Assembly: GCF_030028105.1 (NCBI RefSeq)
Contig: NC_092383.1
Coordinates: 37,470,961-37,534,960 of the forward strand
Source: Mobula birostris
Lineage: Eukaryota
Direction of reading: 5' to 3'
Length of the DNA stretch: 64,000 nucleotides
Part shown: one piece after another, positions 24,935 through 36,250 of the stretch
Layout of the letters: every line of letters begins with the position of its first letter
Numbering within the stretch: the stretch's first letter is position 1
Notes under the pieces: model-generated
What the model saw: the letters and a program-made list of their open reading frames with translations, nothing else
What the model was told of the DNA's origin: nothing
Database searches by the model: none
Position numbers and translations under genes: made by a program

Positions 24935-25185
24935 TAATAATAATAATAATAATAACAACAAGTACTTTATTGATTCCAAGTGGGAAATTATTTTGTTACA
25001 GCAGCAACATTTAAAAACGTACTTAGCAATAATAAATAAAAATAATAAATAATATTAACAAATAAGTACACAATAATAATTCACCAATGTGCAATGATGT
25101 ACAAAATAATAAAACAGACTGTTGTACTTGATTTGTGTCCTCCTGTCGCACGGAGATGAACTGTTGTATACTCACTGTTGTCACA
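24935..25185 (-). mobile_element. LINE 3' tail with (TAA)n microsatellite
   Basis: Minus-strand GGAATCAATAAAGTA then (TTA)n. Confidence 0.55.
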
Positions 25186-26719
25186 TACTTGGGCATAATT
25201 TTCCAACTATATCTTCCAGACTTAATGTCAACATTACCCATTCAATTTTCTTGTGCCAGCCTCTGTGATAGAAACAGCTCTGCCACCGGATGATTTCACT
25301 GAATACATTGCTGAACTCACTCCCCATCTGGCAAATTATAAAATTCCTGTACTGGTGTGGGGCACAGCCATGCATTTTAAATAGCGTGGTTCTGCTGCAA
25401 AGCTGATCAGTACTGGCTTACTGTGTTTGTTGCTGCTGCTGTCCAGGGATGTGGGCTTTGTGCCAAATGGACTGAGAACAGTTACAGCTTCAGTGATTGC
25501 TGCATTGTGCCATCCCACCATGGGTCTCTGCATGCTAATGAATGCAGAGGTCAAATAAAACTGAGCACTCACAGGTCCAAACTAATCTTCACTGTGTGAA
25601 CATCCTCGATGCGAACATATACTCCTGATCAGAATTTTATTTTATTCACTGAAAACAATGAATAACTTTCCAATTTAGCAATTGACTCATTCTCATCCTC
25701 CCTGCTGTCTTTAGTCTTCTGTCAGCCCCCGTACTCACTGCAAGTCATCCAGAGGAAATACTGACAAAAATGAGGCCAGCAAAAGATATAAATGTTTAGA
25801 AGAGATTGTTTACGATGAAATTGTGGGGATTGCAATATATTTGATTCATTGATTCAAAAGATCAAAGGCAAAAAGATTCTGAGATTTCATTTGGGAAAAT
25901 GTTCAGAACCTGCTTGATTCAAGCTTACATTTGTCTTTTATGTTCAGTCGAAGAAAGCTGGTTCAGTGATTCATTCATCACTGAAGCTGATCTCTTTTCA
26001 ACAGTCCTATCTATTTCTGAGAAACTATTTGCCACCACGTCTTGGAATAAATGTTTGAACACACAGTCTGGTTGGTTTTCTTGTGAATGGCGCACAGATC
26101 ACAGTCAGGGTGCAATTTTTGAGTCACATTGAATCCAGTCCCAATAAATCCATTCCCAGAATAGAAAACGATATTTAGCTTGGAACAAACCTTCAGCACA
26201 AAAATATCTGTTGCCGTATCAAATTCTTTCACTTCCCTTAGCATTCTGTCACTATGCCAACACTGAAAGCTTCAGTGCATGGGCACTGCCTGAAATCTAA
26301 TATTATGCCCTAACTGTCTGCGGTCTGAGGAATATCGTCAAGGTATAGAATGCAGGCTGAAGATAGGTGTGGGATTAATGGAGGTAGTACAAGTGATGAT
26401 GCTTCAAAAAGAAAGCAGTATTGTTAAAACAACACCCAAATGCTTGAGAATAATCGTACAGCAGAGAGCAAGTTATCTGTTCAGTCCTATTCGCCTTGCT
26501 GTGCCTATGGTTCAGCAGCAGTGCCATAGAACAGCAGAACCCAATCTAGTGGTTGTACAAATATCTGTTTGGGCACAGGGCTCAGCATGAAGGATGAAGC
26601 TTACAAACATAGCGTGCTCTTTTGCTTGAAGAGTAACAATTAATTCATGGCAAGCAGCACTGACATCGTTGGGAAAATTGTGTGAACGAACAGCTACTTT
26701 TCCAATAACACAATACAGA

Positions 26720-27005
26720 TTGTTAGAACAGCTAGCTGAGCCGTTGTCTCAGAGTCCTGATCTTGGGTCCTGTCTGGGTAGAGTTTGCATGTTCTCCCTG
26801 CTATTGTGTGAGTTTGCAAAAATGTGCAACTTGGTAGGTTAATTGGTATCTGTAAATTGCCTCTTGAGTGTAGGCTTATGGTTGGTGGGAAAATAGGAGG
26901 ATAGAATGAGATTAGTGTATAGTTAGTGTAAGTGGGTGATTAATAGTTTATAGGGATTCAATATAGTCCGAAAGGCCTACCTCCATGTTGAATGACTCAA
27001 TGACT
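26720..27005 (+). mobile_element. V-SINE/HE1-like SINE
   Basis: GAGTTTGCATGTTCTCCC; TAGGTTAATTGG..TGTAAATTGCC; CR1-like tail. Confidence 0.7.
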
Positions 27006-27056
27006 TCCTGGTTAATGCAGGCAATACAAGTGATGATGCTTCAAAAAGAAAGGAGT

Positions 27057-27814
27057 CGATGGAGATATGAAAACAGAATTCATCAAATGATGTTGTGCAT
27101 GAGAGAACCAGGAGGAGAGCTCAGATTGCCATGGGAGCGATAGAAGGATCAATAAGAGAATGTTCCAGTGAACCAAAAGAACACTTTCTGCAGATCAAGG
27201 TGCACAAACTAGAAGAAGATAAAGGAAGCAGAAGAAAAGTGTCCAGAGCTGTCAGAACCACTTCCTGCAATCTCAGAGGTGACTCCTACAACCCCCTCAG
27301 AGGAAGCCCCAGAACCTGAGATTGTTTTTACAGCGGATTGTTTTTACAGCCACGAGCCTCACCTGTCAAACAGAGTAATACCCTTGTCAGGAAAGACATT
27401 ATCCCACAAGAGTAAGAAACCCTCCACGATGATTAAATCTTTAGACCTGAATGCTAAGGGGAAATTCACTGTGTCGTGGGTGTCTATATCGTAAGTGTAT
27501 TATATAGTGTAGTGTGTGTGTGTAGTTGATGCGTTCTCTATTGAGTTGGAGTTTATAGCTAAGCAGCAAGAAGTGTTGTGTATTTAATATTTCAATAATA
27601 TTTGAGTAATCTTGTATGTATGTTGTTAAGCATTTTTGTTCGTTTAAGTAATTAATTATGGGTTATATGTATAAATACATGGCTTGCATACACCATCACA
27701 CTTCCATGTGATATGTGCACGTCTCACTTAGAGCAAAACACAAAGTTAACTCACATTTTAAACTCCCGTGTCTTCCTTTGAATTAGTGTAATGTTTTGGA
27801 GGTACGAAACATAA
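27057..27814 (+). mobile_element. Gypsy 3' fragment plus 3' LTR (27574-27814), same family as 398-5247
   Basis: CCCTTGTCAGGAAAGA..TTATCCCAC..GATTAAATCTTTAG matches the reverse complement of about 815-885; LTR matches 398-640. Confidence 0.8.
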
Positions 27815-27816
27815 TA

Positions 27817-28325
27817 TGAGGGGTGATTAATAAGTTTGTGGCCTAAGGTAGAAGGGGTTAATTTTAGAAAACCTAGCACATTTATTTTCATACATTTACA
27901 CACTTAGTCCAGCGGTCATGGAGCATACGGATCTCTTCTTTGTAGAAGTCGGCGTCTTGGACCTCCAGAAAATGGTCCACAGCAGGGGTGATTGATACAT
28001 TCGTGACCTAAGGTAGAAGAAGATGAGTTATACAGCTCTCAATACATGCATGTGCAGTTCAACTCTTTGAGTGATTATGCAGAAAGTTTGAAGCTAATAA
28101 CTCATCTTCATCTACATTAGGCCACAAACATATCAATCACCCCTGCTGTGGACACTTTCTGGAGGTCCAAGACGCCAACTTCTACAAAGAAGGGGTCCGC
28201 ATGCTCCATGATCACTGGACTAAGTGTGTAAATGTAGGAGGGGACTATGTTGAAAAATAAATGTGCTAGGTTTTCTAAAATTGACTCCTTCTACCTTAGG
28301 CCACAAACTTATCAATCACCCCTCA
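27817..28325. mobile_element. Tc1/mariner fold-back MITE with nested internal TIRs
   Basis: TA TSDs (27815-16, 28326-27); TIR TGAGGGGTGATTRATAAGTTTGTGGCCTAAGGTAGAAGG; arms carry the mariner C-terminus FLEVQDANFYKEGVRMLHDHWTKCVNVGGDYVEK*. Confidence 0.9.
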
Positions 28326-28339
28326 TATTTCCCCTCTTT

Positions 28340-28640
28340 GGTTCCACTCACTATACCATCCTCCTTTCTGATTAGATTCCATAATTTGCAGTCCTTTGCT
28401 CTCTCCACATGGTCCCAGTCTCTGTCACTATCTATATCTCCATTTCTATCCCCCTCACCAAGTAGTTCATCTACCCCTCCTCACCTGTATCCACCCATCA
28501 ATCACCAGCTCCTACCTCACCCCTCCTCCTCTTTCCACTCTCAGTCCTGATGTAGGATCTCAATCTGAACTATCAACCATCTCTCTGCCTCCACTGATGC
28601 TCCCCAGCTCTCTGAGTTCCTCCAGCAGCTTGTCTTATTA
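28340..28640 (+). mobile_element. Penelope-derived short repeat with a decayed hammerhead
   Basis: Pyrimidine-rich tract then CAGTC-CTGATGT at 28542-28553 and CTGAGTTCCTCCAGC. Confidence 0.65.
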
Positions 28641-28839
28641 GCTCCAGATCCTGGCACCTGCATGTCCTTGTGATGCCAGAATTCATCAGCCTTGGTCAAC
28701 ATGAGCCAAAGAGCCGATCTAGAGCAAAGGTGAGAAGGACTGTTCTTGATTTCAAGGCAGAATCTGGCAAAGTGACCTGAAGGAGACCAAGTAAAACTGA
28801 AGCCAATTAGCACCAAAAGTTAAGTACTCCAATGCATGG

Positions 28840-29530
28840 ACTTGTACCTTGCACAAAGGTAAATGGTTGTGGTTATTGGCAGTCAATCATCACAGCTACA
28901 GGACGTCACTGCAAGAGTCCTTAACCTTCATCAGCTGCTTCATCAATGCCTGTCTTTCAATTTGAAGGACAGATGTTCATTGATGTCCATACTCTGTTCA
29001 TTTCCATTTTCAATCCTTTAGAAAATGACTGCAAGACCTTGGCAGCATTCTGGCCCGGGATGATAAATGACAAGTTACATGTGCACCACATTGAACCCAG
29101 TTAATAACCATGTAACAAGAGAAATCTGACCATTTACCCTTAAGATTCAAAGGTAATACCATCGCTAAGTCCCTCATCTTCAACACCCTGGGCTCAGTAC
29201 TGAAGACCTGAAAGTCAACTGGGGCAGAAATATGAATGAGAGCTAATCCATGACTGGGAACCTTGCAGCAGGTAACTCACCTCCTAGTTTGTGCAAAGCC
29301 TTTTTACCAGCTAGAAAGAACAAGTCAGGTTTGTGATGGTGTATTCTCCACTTTCCCGTGTGAGTGGTGCTCCAACAACTCTCCAGCAAACTCAACATTA
29401 TCCAGGAACAAAGGAGCCCACTTGATTGATATCCCATTCCCAGTACAAACATCCATTCTCCTTGCCACCAGTTTACCTTCTACAAAATGCAAGCCAGTTA
29501 CCCATCGAGGTTATTCCAAAGGCATCCTCA
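28840..29530 (+). mobile_element. Old CR1/L2-type LINE RT fragment
   Basis: CAGCTGCTTCATCAATG (SCFIN), TACCAGCTAGAAAGAACAAGTCAGG (YKAQVR-like). Confidence 0.55.
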
Positions 29531-30077
29531 TATGCTGATCTTATCTTTCATATTCTTATGTGAGATAGACAGAAAGAAAAATATACTATCCCATGCCTAA
29601 AGGAGCAACAGGGAACCTCAACAGTACTGTGCTGAATTTTCTGCAATATTTGTCAGACTAAATTTGAGTAAAGGTGATAGTGGTCTCCAGGATCTTAGCT
29701 GGTGTCCTTGGCTTACTGAATGATTTCTGCCCTGCCAGGAATGAGAATGACAGAACTCATTCAGTAATCCAAGGACACCCATTCATCTCAAGGGTATTGA
29801 AATCAGCATTAGGTGAGCCTGTTGCCACAGCATTGACACCGTGAGCATGGTGCAAGTTCATGGACGTTTTGTTTAATTCAAGGGCTGTGCCCTCAAAGAA
29901 AGATGCTCACAGAGAAGGAGTTGAATTTCAAGCGGCTCAGTGAGTTGAAGGACCAGTTTCCTTGTCTCTGTGATCACAATATATGAGCTTCCCTTGTAAA
30001 TACGTATATGTGCTGTCTATGTCTAATCTGCCACATCACTTTCTGGTTTTCTGTAGATCAAAGTTATAGTGTCTGAA

Positions 30078-30830
30078 GGAATAAAGGCATAAACTATTTT
30101 CTAAATGGGAAGAAAATTGAGAAATCAGAGGTGCAAAGGGGCTTGGAAGTTCTTGTGCAGGATTTGCTAAAGATTAACTTACACGTCGAATCAGTGGTAA
30201 GGAAGGCAAATACAATGTTAGCATTCATGTTGAGAAGACTAGAATATAAAAGAAAGGATGTAATGTTGAGGCTTTATAAGGCTTTGGTCAGACTGCACAG
30301 AGTATTGTGAGCAGTTTTGGGCCCCTTACCTAAGAAAACATGTGTTGGCATTGGAGAGGGACCAGAGGAGAATGATCCCAGAAATGGAAAGGTTACTGTA
30401 TGAGGAATGATTGATGGCTCTGGGCCTGTACTCACTGGAGTTTAGTATGGGGGAAGGGGAATCTCATTGAAACCTATCAGATATTAAAAGGCCTAAACAG
30501 AGTCGATGTGAAGAGGATATTTTCCATAGTTTCTTTTAGTGGGCACAGCCTCAGAATAGAGGGACATCCACTTAGAGTAGAGATGAGGAGGAATTTCTTT
30601 AGCCAGAGGGTAGTGAATCATTGCTACAGATGGCTGTGGAGGCCAAGTCATTGGATATATTAAAAGCGGAGGTTAATAGATTCTTGATTGGTCTGGGCAT
30701 CCAAGGTTACGGAGAGAAGGCAGAAGAAGAAGGGTTGAGAGGGAGAATAAATCAGATATGAAGGGTGGTGGGCAGACTTGAGGGGCCCAACGCCCAAATC
30801 CTGCTCCCATGTCGTATGGTGTTATTGTCT
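30078..30830 (+). mobile_element. CR1 3' fragment
   Basis: GAGTATTGTGAGCAGTTTTGGGCCCC; homologous to 18520-19270. Confidence 0.88.
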
Positions 30831-30849
30831 AATTATAGTATTATATTGG

Positions 30850-31335
30850 AAACAGGGCATTCATTTCAACTTCATCTCGCAGACAAAAGTATCTACATGA
30901 GTTAGTCCAATTTGTCTGTGTTTGGCTAAGGTCCCTCTAAATCCATCCAATTCATGTACCTGCCTGAAATTCTTTTAAACATTGTAGTTATACCTGCCTC
31001 TACCATTTTCTCTGGCAGCACATTCCATATATTCACCACCCTCTGTGTGAAAATGTTACCCACAAGGTCCCTTTTAGGTTTTTCCTCTCCAACCTTAAAC
31101 CCATGCTCTCTAGTTTCAGAATCCCCTACTTGGGGAAAAGTCTGTGGCCTTTCACCTTAGCTATGCCTCTCATGATTTTATTTACCTCATCAACCTACTT
31201 CACTCTAGAGAAAAGAACCCCAGCCTATCCAGTCTCCCTCTTATAACTCAAGCCATCTGGTTCTGGCAACATCCTTGTGAATTTTCAACTGAATGACATC
31301 TTTCCTATAACTAGGCAACCAGAAATGCAAATAAT
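30850..31335 (-). mobile_element. CR1 3' fragment
   Basis: Minus-strand CACACAGAGGGTGGTGAATATATGGAATGTGCTGCCAG. Confidence 0.75.
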
Positions 31336-31384
31336 CCGAGGGTTTCAATTGGTCTGATTTATTGCTGGATTTGAGAGATCTACG

Positions 31385-32250
31385 TGCCAGTACTGCACCA
31401 GCTGTTCCAGTGGTGAAGCCAGATGGCACCATTAGGATATGTAGAGACTACAGGGTACAAATTAACAGATGAGCAAAGATGGATAGGTACAACTTACCTC
31501 TGATTGATGATCCATTTGCTGAGTTGGGAAGACAGATCTTCACAATAATCATGCCACATGCTTACTAGCAGGTCAAGATACATAAAAGTTCAAAGAAGTA
31601 TTAATTTATAAGCAACTTGCACAACATGCTACAGGATCTCAACAGGTCAGGCAGCATCTATGGAAAAGAATAAGCAGTCAATGTTACAGGCCAAGCCCCT
31701 TCTTCAGGACTGAGAAGGAAGGGGGAAGATGCCTGAATAAAAAGGTGGGGCAGGGGAAGGAGGCTCACTGGAAGGTGATAGGTGAAACCAGGTGGGTGGG
31801 AAAGGTCAAGGGCTGAAGAAGAAAGTATCTGATCTGAGAGAAGAATGGACTTTAGGAGAAAGGGAAGGAGGAGTGACCCAGGGGGAAGTAATAGGCAGGT
31901 GAGAAAAAGTAAAAGGTCAGAGTGAAGAACACTTTGGATTGTTTCCATATAATAGGCTTCCCAAGGAATAGCATCAGCCCCAGGCATTCTCCAAAGGAAC
32001 AAAGGATACTTCATCCAAGGTCTTTCAGTTGTTGCAACTGAGCTGGATGGGAGTTTGGAAAGTTCAGGAAAAAAGAACTTGAATCCAGCAAGTTTACTTT
32101 GACGATTCCATGATGGAGTGTGGTCGAGGAAAGAGAAATGAGCCTTTCTGGTCTTTCTTACCTGTAGAACTCCGAAGGATTTCATCTAGTTGAAGACAAG
32201 GTATGAAGAGTATTAGATTCAACTGGCCCAACCAGACTGATAGGCTCACC
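31385..32250 (+). mobile_element. Gypsy RT fragment split by a Penelope-derived insertion (about 31615-31925)
   Basis: APAVPVVKPDGTIRICRDYRV..LPLIDD upstream; GLFPYNRLP..GIASAPGILQR downstream. Confidence 0.75.
31615..31925 (-). mobile_element. Penelope-derived short repeat with a hammerhead remnant
   Basis: Minus strand CAGTC-CTGAAGA-AGGGGCTTGGCCT-GTAA-CATT-GACTG (31675-31712). Confidence 0.75.
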
Positions 32251-32429
32251 AAGAATCACTGAGTCATAAAGCACAGAAAGAGGCCCATTGGCCCATCGAT
32301 TCCATGCTGACCACCAAGTAGGACTTATTTTGCATCTGGGTTCACACTGGATTTAGAGAATCCAAATAGAGAATAGCAAGGTTGCAGATGTACAAAACAT
32401 TGGGCATACCACACATTTTTTATTACTTA

Positions 32430-33305
32430 AAGAGATGCAGCTTCCCAGGCTGAGCCAGCATTTAATTACCCCTCCCTAGATGCCTTTCAGAAGGTGGTGG
32501 TGAACTGCCTTCCTGAACCTTGAGTTGTGCATATAGCCACGGTGCTATTAGGGAAGGAGTTCCCGGATTTTCTCCCAGCAACAGTGAAGAAATGATCAGT
32601 AGGGTGCATGGCCTGGAGGGAAACTTCCAGGTTGTGTCGTTCCCATGCTTTTGCAGTCTAGCTAGCAGAGGGCGATCGAGCTGCTGAGTTACTGCTCTAC
32701 ATCACGTGGACGGTACAAATTGCTGCTACTCTGGTGGAGGAAAGAGTGAATGGTTGTGGGTTGGATGCCCATCAACTGGGCTGCTATATACAACATGACA
32801 TCAACCTTCTTGAAAGTTGTTGAAGCTGAACTTATCCAGTCAAGTCAAGAGTGTTCCATCAGATGCTCAGGTTTTCTGGAGTTAGGAGGTAAATTTCTTG
32901 CCATGAGATTCCTAGCACCTGATCTGCTGGTAGCCATATTGTTTATACGGCTACATTAGTTCATTTCCTAGTCAATGGTAACCAAGACGATGTTGACAGT
33001 GGGGGGATTCTGTGGTGGTAATATCAGGAAGTAATGGCTGGATATTTTGTAGAGGCCATCATCATTACCTGACACTTGTTTGGCTTGATTATTACTTGCA
33101 CCTATTAGTCTAGGCCTGGATGTTGCTCAGGTGTTGCTGCACTTGGGTGTGGACTACTTCATTATCTGAGCAGTCACCAGTGTTGTTGAACATTGTGCAC
33201 TCATCAGCTTCCGACAGAAGGAAACTCACAAATGAAGCTCTTGGAAGAGGCTGGGCCTAAGACACTACCCTGAGGAGCTCCAGCAGAGATGATCTCCAGC
33301 CACCA
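32430..33305 (-). mobile_element. Old CR1/L2-type LINE 3' fragment
   Basis: GCATTTAATTACCC..GAAGGTGGTGGTGAACTGCCTTC tail; similar to 28840-29530 in reverse. Confidence 0.55.
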
Positions 33306-33309
33306 CTCA

Positions 33310-33845
33310 CAGATACTGCATGCAGTTCTGGTAGCCAAAATACAGGGAGGATGTGGTAGCGAGAGAGATTGTACAGAAGAGATTCACCAGGATGCTGTCT
33401 GGAATGGAGGACAGTGTGTGTAAGAAGAGATTGCGTAGGCTGGGATGTTCTTACTGGGGCTCAAAGGCTGAGTAGTGACCTTGTAGAAGTTAATATAATA
33501 ATGAGAGACATGGGTAGGATAGATAGTAAGAATCTTTTTCCCATGGCAGGTGCATCTCGAACTAGAGGAAATAAGCTTAAGGTGAGAGCGGATAAATGTG
33601 GATGGGTTAACTTTGCACACAAAGTGTGGTGAATATCTGGAACAAGCTGCTGGAGAAAGTTGGGGAGGCAAATACAATTCAATATTTAAAAGGCTTTTGG
33701 ATGCATACTTGGATAGGAAAGGTATGGAGGGATGCAGGCTTACTCCAAGCAAATGGCATTAGTGTAAGTAGGCATCATGATGAGAATGGATGGTGGTTAT
33801 AAGGGCCCATTTCAGTGCAGTATGCTTCTGTGATTCCATAATCCT
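33310..33845 (+). mobile_element. CR1 3' fragment
   Basis: TACTGCATGCAGTTCTGG, GTACAGAAGAGATTCACCAGGATG (VQKRFTRM). Confidence 0.8.
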
Positions 33846-35764
33846 ATACTTGAATGACTAGAGTGAGTACCTGTGTTATTACAGGGGGCCCGTATATAGA
33901 CAGTCAGTGATGTGGACTCAACAAGTCACTGGTTACTGCAGTTTATAGTCCTTGTCACCTTTTTACGTCGATGCTTAATAGTGTGGAGAGGCAAGATAGA
34001 GTGACAGAGTTCAGCTCCTGAAATAAATTTCAAGTAGTTCTTTTGTGTGTGGGATGAGAGAACCCTTTCTATTGACAGTACTCCCAGTCAGTTTGCTTGA
34101 TTTTAACGCTGCCACTTCGGAGTTTGTTTCGCTGCTGGTGAGACAGGAGGTGCGACAGGAGAACGTCCAGCTTGGGGAATCTCAGACGTTGTTTGCAAGC
34201 ACTGCGTGCAGCAGAGGAGCAGGTTGGACTTTTCCAGTTCAGGCTTGAATGTGTTTAAGGATGTTGGTTGCTTTACAATGTGAAATACAGTATATGGCAG
34301 AGAAGGGCCTGAGGTCTAGTGATGATCAAGTACTAGCTCCCAAAGGCAGAACATGACCTCTTGGTGGTTTGCTGCACAGCAGACAATGGTCTTTTGTATG
34401 GGAAATGGGAACAAACTGTGACGCGGTCTGCTTGTTCAACAACAGGGTTGCAGTTAGTTTAGGAAAAAAGAATTCAATAGGTTCAGTAGGTACATTTAAT
34501 GTCAGAGAAATGTATACGATACATATCCTGAAATTCTTTTTCTTCACAACATTTCAGGGACTAAATTACCTGAATATGGTACATTTACAGATATTAGTTT
34601 GACCTTCAAAGTTTAAGCCAGGAAAGGCACAGTTAAGAATTGGTGGCTGATTTCCTTCTCTTGGAGAAGTTGATGAAAGCAAAATATAGCTTGTATTGCA
34701 TGGTGTCCGTGGTAGGACACCTGGGTATTGCAGTAGCTCTGCACACAACTGGTCATAAGAGAAACAAGCTGTGGAAATGCATGAAGACTAGGTCTCAAAC
34801 AGGCACAGTTAATAACAACAGCAGGTCATGAAATTTATAATGTTATGATGCAGTGAGAGAGACAGAGGGGTAATGATTTAAATTGTCAATGCAATGACAC
34901 CTAGTCCATTGAGAAATAACATTTGAAACAGTCAGGTAGAGCCAAAACCTACTGGCATAAATGGCAAATCAATTTTGGAAATAAAGATGAATATGAATTT
35001 TAGATGTGCAATTCAGGAATGACAGATTAACTGATGATCACCAACGGACTGATGTTTAAAGGAGCTCCGGAAACCCTTTCATGTCTATTTTCTCAATATG
35101 TTATTGAGAGGATTTAATTGGAAAAACTGAAGAACTGAGCCAATGACCTGGAGATAAGCATCCATTCCATCTTCATTCCTCGAACTAGGAAATGATCAGA
35201 GCACAGCTCTGCTGGAGAAGCTCACTAAATCTCCCTCACCAGCACTTTTTTTGCAGACTTCCCTTCCAAATCCCCTTGAATGCCACAATGCGACCTGCCT
35301 CCACTAATCTGCAGGCAGTGTATTCCAGATTTCAAAACAGACAGTGTAACAAGCTTTTTTCTTGTTAATTTTGTTTCCCCTTTATTTTGTGACTGTGACC
35401 TCAAGTCGTCAACACCTCTACCAATGGGAACAAATTTCCACCACCCCACTGTCCAGACCCTTTGTACCAAATCTCCTCTCTGCCTTGTCTTCTGCACAGA
35501 CTTGGACTCCCCAATCTGTCCTTGCAACTATAGTTCCTCATCCAAGGAACCAATCTCATAAATCTCCTCTGGACCCTCCCTAATGCCTTTACATCATTTC
35601 CATGAGTGGAACAGAATTGAATAGTTCTCCAGTTGAAGTTTTTATACTCTGCTCCATTGATTAAGCCAGAACTGTAGATGCTTCATTAACCCTACTGTGC
35701 CCCTTCCAATGACTTGTGTACACATTCCCAAGTACCTCTGCTCTAGCACCTCTTTAAGAATAGG

Positions 35765-36250
35765 GCTCCATATGTCACCAAAGACGCTAGCAAATTTCAA
35801 CAGATGTACCATGGAGAGCATTGTAAATGGTTGTGTCACCTTCTGGTATGGAGGGGCCACTGCACAGGATTGGCAAAAGCTGCGGACAATTGCAGACTTA
35901 ACCAGTTCCATCTGGGCACTATCCTCCCCAGCATCAGGAATGTCTTCAAAAGGCAGTGCCTCAGAAAGGCAGTATCCATTCTTAAGCAGACTTATCACAC
36001 AGGACATACCCTCTTCTCATTGCTGTCATTAGGAGGAGGTGGTACAGGAGCCTGAAGACACACACACAATGTTTTAGGAACAGGTTCTTCCCCTCTGCAT
36101 CAGATATCTGAATGAACACTACCTCACGTTTTTGCTATCTTTTTGCATTACTTATTAATTTAATTTTTAAATATATTTATATCTCATTGTAACATAGTTT
36201 TTTTAATGTGTTGCACTGTAATACTGCAGCAAAACAATTAATTTCATAAT
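35765..36250 (+). mobile_element. Rex/Babar-like LINE 3' fragment; its tail resumes at 40025-40065 after the CR1 insertion
   Basis: NFNRCTMESIVNGCVTFWYG; tail TAAGCCTGATTCTGATTC at 40046-40063. Confidence 0.8.

Noticed and set aside
26391-26500. GTGATGA as the C box of a C/D snoRNA
   Set aside because: No suitably placed CTGA D box or terminal stem.
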